From an uncultured Chloroflexia bacterium (lineage in GTDB: Bacteria; Chloroflexota; Limnocylindria; Limnocylindrales; CSP1-4): 64,000 nt of DNA. Location of the stretch: positions 2,208,001-2,272,000 of the forward strand of contig CAWHDR010000001.1 in the NCBI GenBank assembly GCA_963828165.1, written 5' to 3'. The notes beneath the pieces are model-generated. The model was not told the origin of the DNA and searched no databases. It was given only the letters and a program-made list of their open reading frames with translations. Shown one piece after another: positions 62,948 through 64,000 of this stretch. Position 1 is the first letter of the stretch. The number at the start of each line of letters is the position of its first letter. Position numbers and translations under genes: made by a program.

Positions 62948-63292
62948 TCAGATCGGGATCGCGGCCAGACCGGTCGCCCGCGCGATCGCCACGATGGCCA
63001 CCGCGGCGATCAGCCCCAGGAGCAGGTTCTTGCGCCAGGCCGTGATCGCCAGGCAGGCCAGCACCGCGACCCACTCGATGCCGACGTGGAACGCCGGCGG
63101 GCCGTCGCCCTCGACGACGACCATGACGTTGACGGCGGCCAGAGCGGTCAAGACCGCCGGTCCGACCAGCTGGAGGTAGTCGAGGGCCACGCGTGGCAGC
63201 CGGTCGATGCCCGGCCACAGCAGGCCGAGCGCCCTTGTCGGGTAGGTCGCCCCGAACATGAGCAAGGCGAGCAACACCAGGTCCGTGCTCAT
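62948..63292 (-). CDS. azlD: AzlD-family branched-chain amino acid exporter small subunit
   Basis: TYPTRAL, VGPAVLTAL, TM helices; ATGA-coupled to azlC. Confidence 0.8.
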   Translation of the reverse strand: MSTDLVLLALLMFGATYPTRALGLLWPGIDRLPRVALDYLQLVGPAVLTALAAVNVMVVVEGDGPPAFHVGIEWVAVLACLAITAWRKNLLLGLIAAVAIVAIARATGLAAIPI

Positions 63293-64000
63293 GGCGAGCC
63301 ATCCCGGTCCTTGGACCCGTCGTCGACCGGTGGCACGGATCGACCGTCGGGCCTGGGTACCACCCGGGCTCCAGGCATCGAGTAGCGCTCCGCGGACGCC
63401 GGGGTCCCGATCGGCGCGATCTCGCGCGCGGTGGTCGCTGGCAACAGCAGCCCGACCGCGGGCCCCACCAGGCCACCCGCGACGATCCCGATCGACGGGC
63501 TGGTCAGCAACGCCGCGACCACCGCGACACCGGCCCCGACGGTCGCTGCCACGATCTCGCGACGACCGGTGATGAGCCCGACCGCCAGTCCGATCATCGC
63601 CGCGGGGAAGATGATGTCGATGCCGAACCGGTTCGGGTCCGGGATCTCGCCACCCAGCACCGAGCCCGCGAAGGTGGCGATGTTCCAGGGGATGAAGGTC
63701 GCGACGATGGCGGCGACCCAATAGCCGCGTTCATCGGTCCGACCGATGCGCTGGTTGTGGGCGATGGTCAACGCGAAGGCCTCATCCGTGAGCAGATGCG
63801 CCATCACGGCGCGTCGCCAGAACGGGATGTGTCGGAACCATGGCGCGAGCGCAGCGGAGTACAGCAGGTGGCGCGCGTTGAGAAGGAAGGTCAGGAGCAC
63901 GATGGCCGGCCAGGCGAGGCCGGTCGCCACGTAGCCCACCGCCGCAAACTGCGCCGCACCACCAAAGACGATCACGCTCATCGCGATGACCTCGATCGGC
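63289..64000 (-). CDS. azlC: AzlC-family branched-chain amino acid exporter (5' end outside window)
   Basis: FGGAAQF, NARHLLYS, LTDEAFA. Confidence 0.9.
   Translation of the reverse strand, partial: PIEVIAMSVIVFGGAAQFAAVGYVATGLAWPAIVLLTFLLNARHLLYSAALAPWFRHIPFWRRAVMAHLLTDEAFALTIAHNQRIGRTDERGYWVAAIVATFIPWNIATFAGSVLGGEIPDPNRFGIDIIFPAAMIGLAVGLITGRREIVAATVGAGVAVVAALLTSPSIGIVAGGLVGPAVGLLLPATTAREIAPIGTPASAERYSMPGARVVPRPDGRSVPPVDDGSKDRDGSP

Overview
High-GC bacterial chromosomal window. Gene content and the NMT1/RibY-like binding protein suggest Chloroflexota, possibly Limnocylindria-like; this is inference only. It holds about 50 CDS: a NitT/TauT-type ABC transporter, a purine-catabolism cluster (guaD, three-subunit xanthine dehydrogenase-family enzyme, OHCU decarboxylase, uricase, malate synthase, hydantoinase, DUF3830-like, uraH), two secreted S8 proteases, DNA repair genes (Ku, LigD, MUG-type glycosylase, Lhr, Nei), an ECF sigma/anti-sigma pair, a cyanophycin locus (cphB, cphA and a CphA-like protein lacking the ATP-grasp domain) and azlCD. 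No rRNA, tRNA or CRISPR was seen. Most notable: two paralogous genes encoding an XRE-HTH plus PD-(D/E)XK-like domain (6214-6885, 42819-43571) are each bracketed by their own family of 15-bp palindromic boxes at fixed spacings (50 bp; 61/62, 72, 82 bp). Gene-less copies of the second array lie at 19090-19258 and 59322-59470. This looks like a REP/RAYT-like selfish system built on a different enzyme. Many genes appear leaderless (TANNNT-N6-9-start). About eight single-base frameshifts are probably sequencing or assembly errors.
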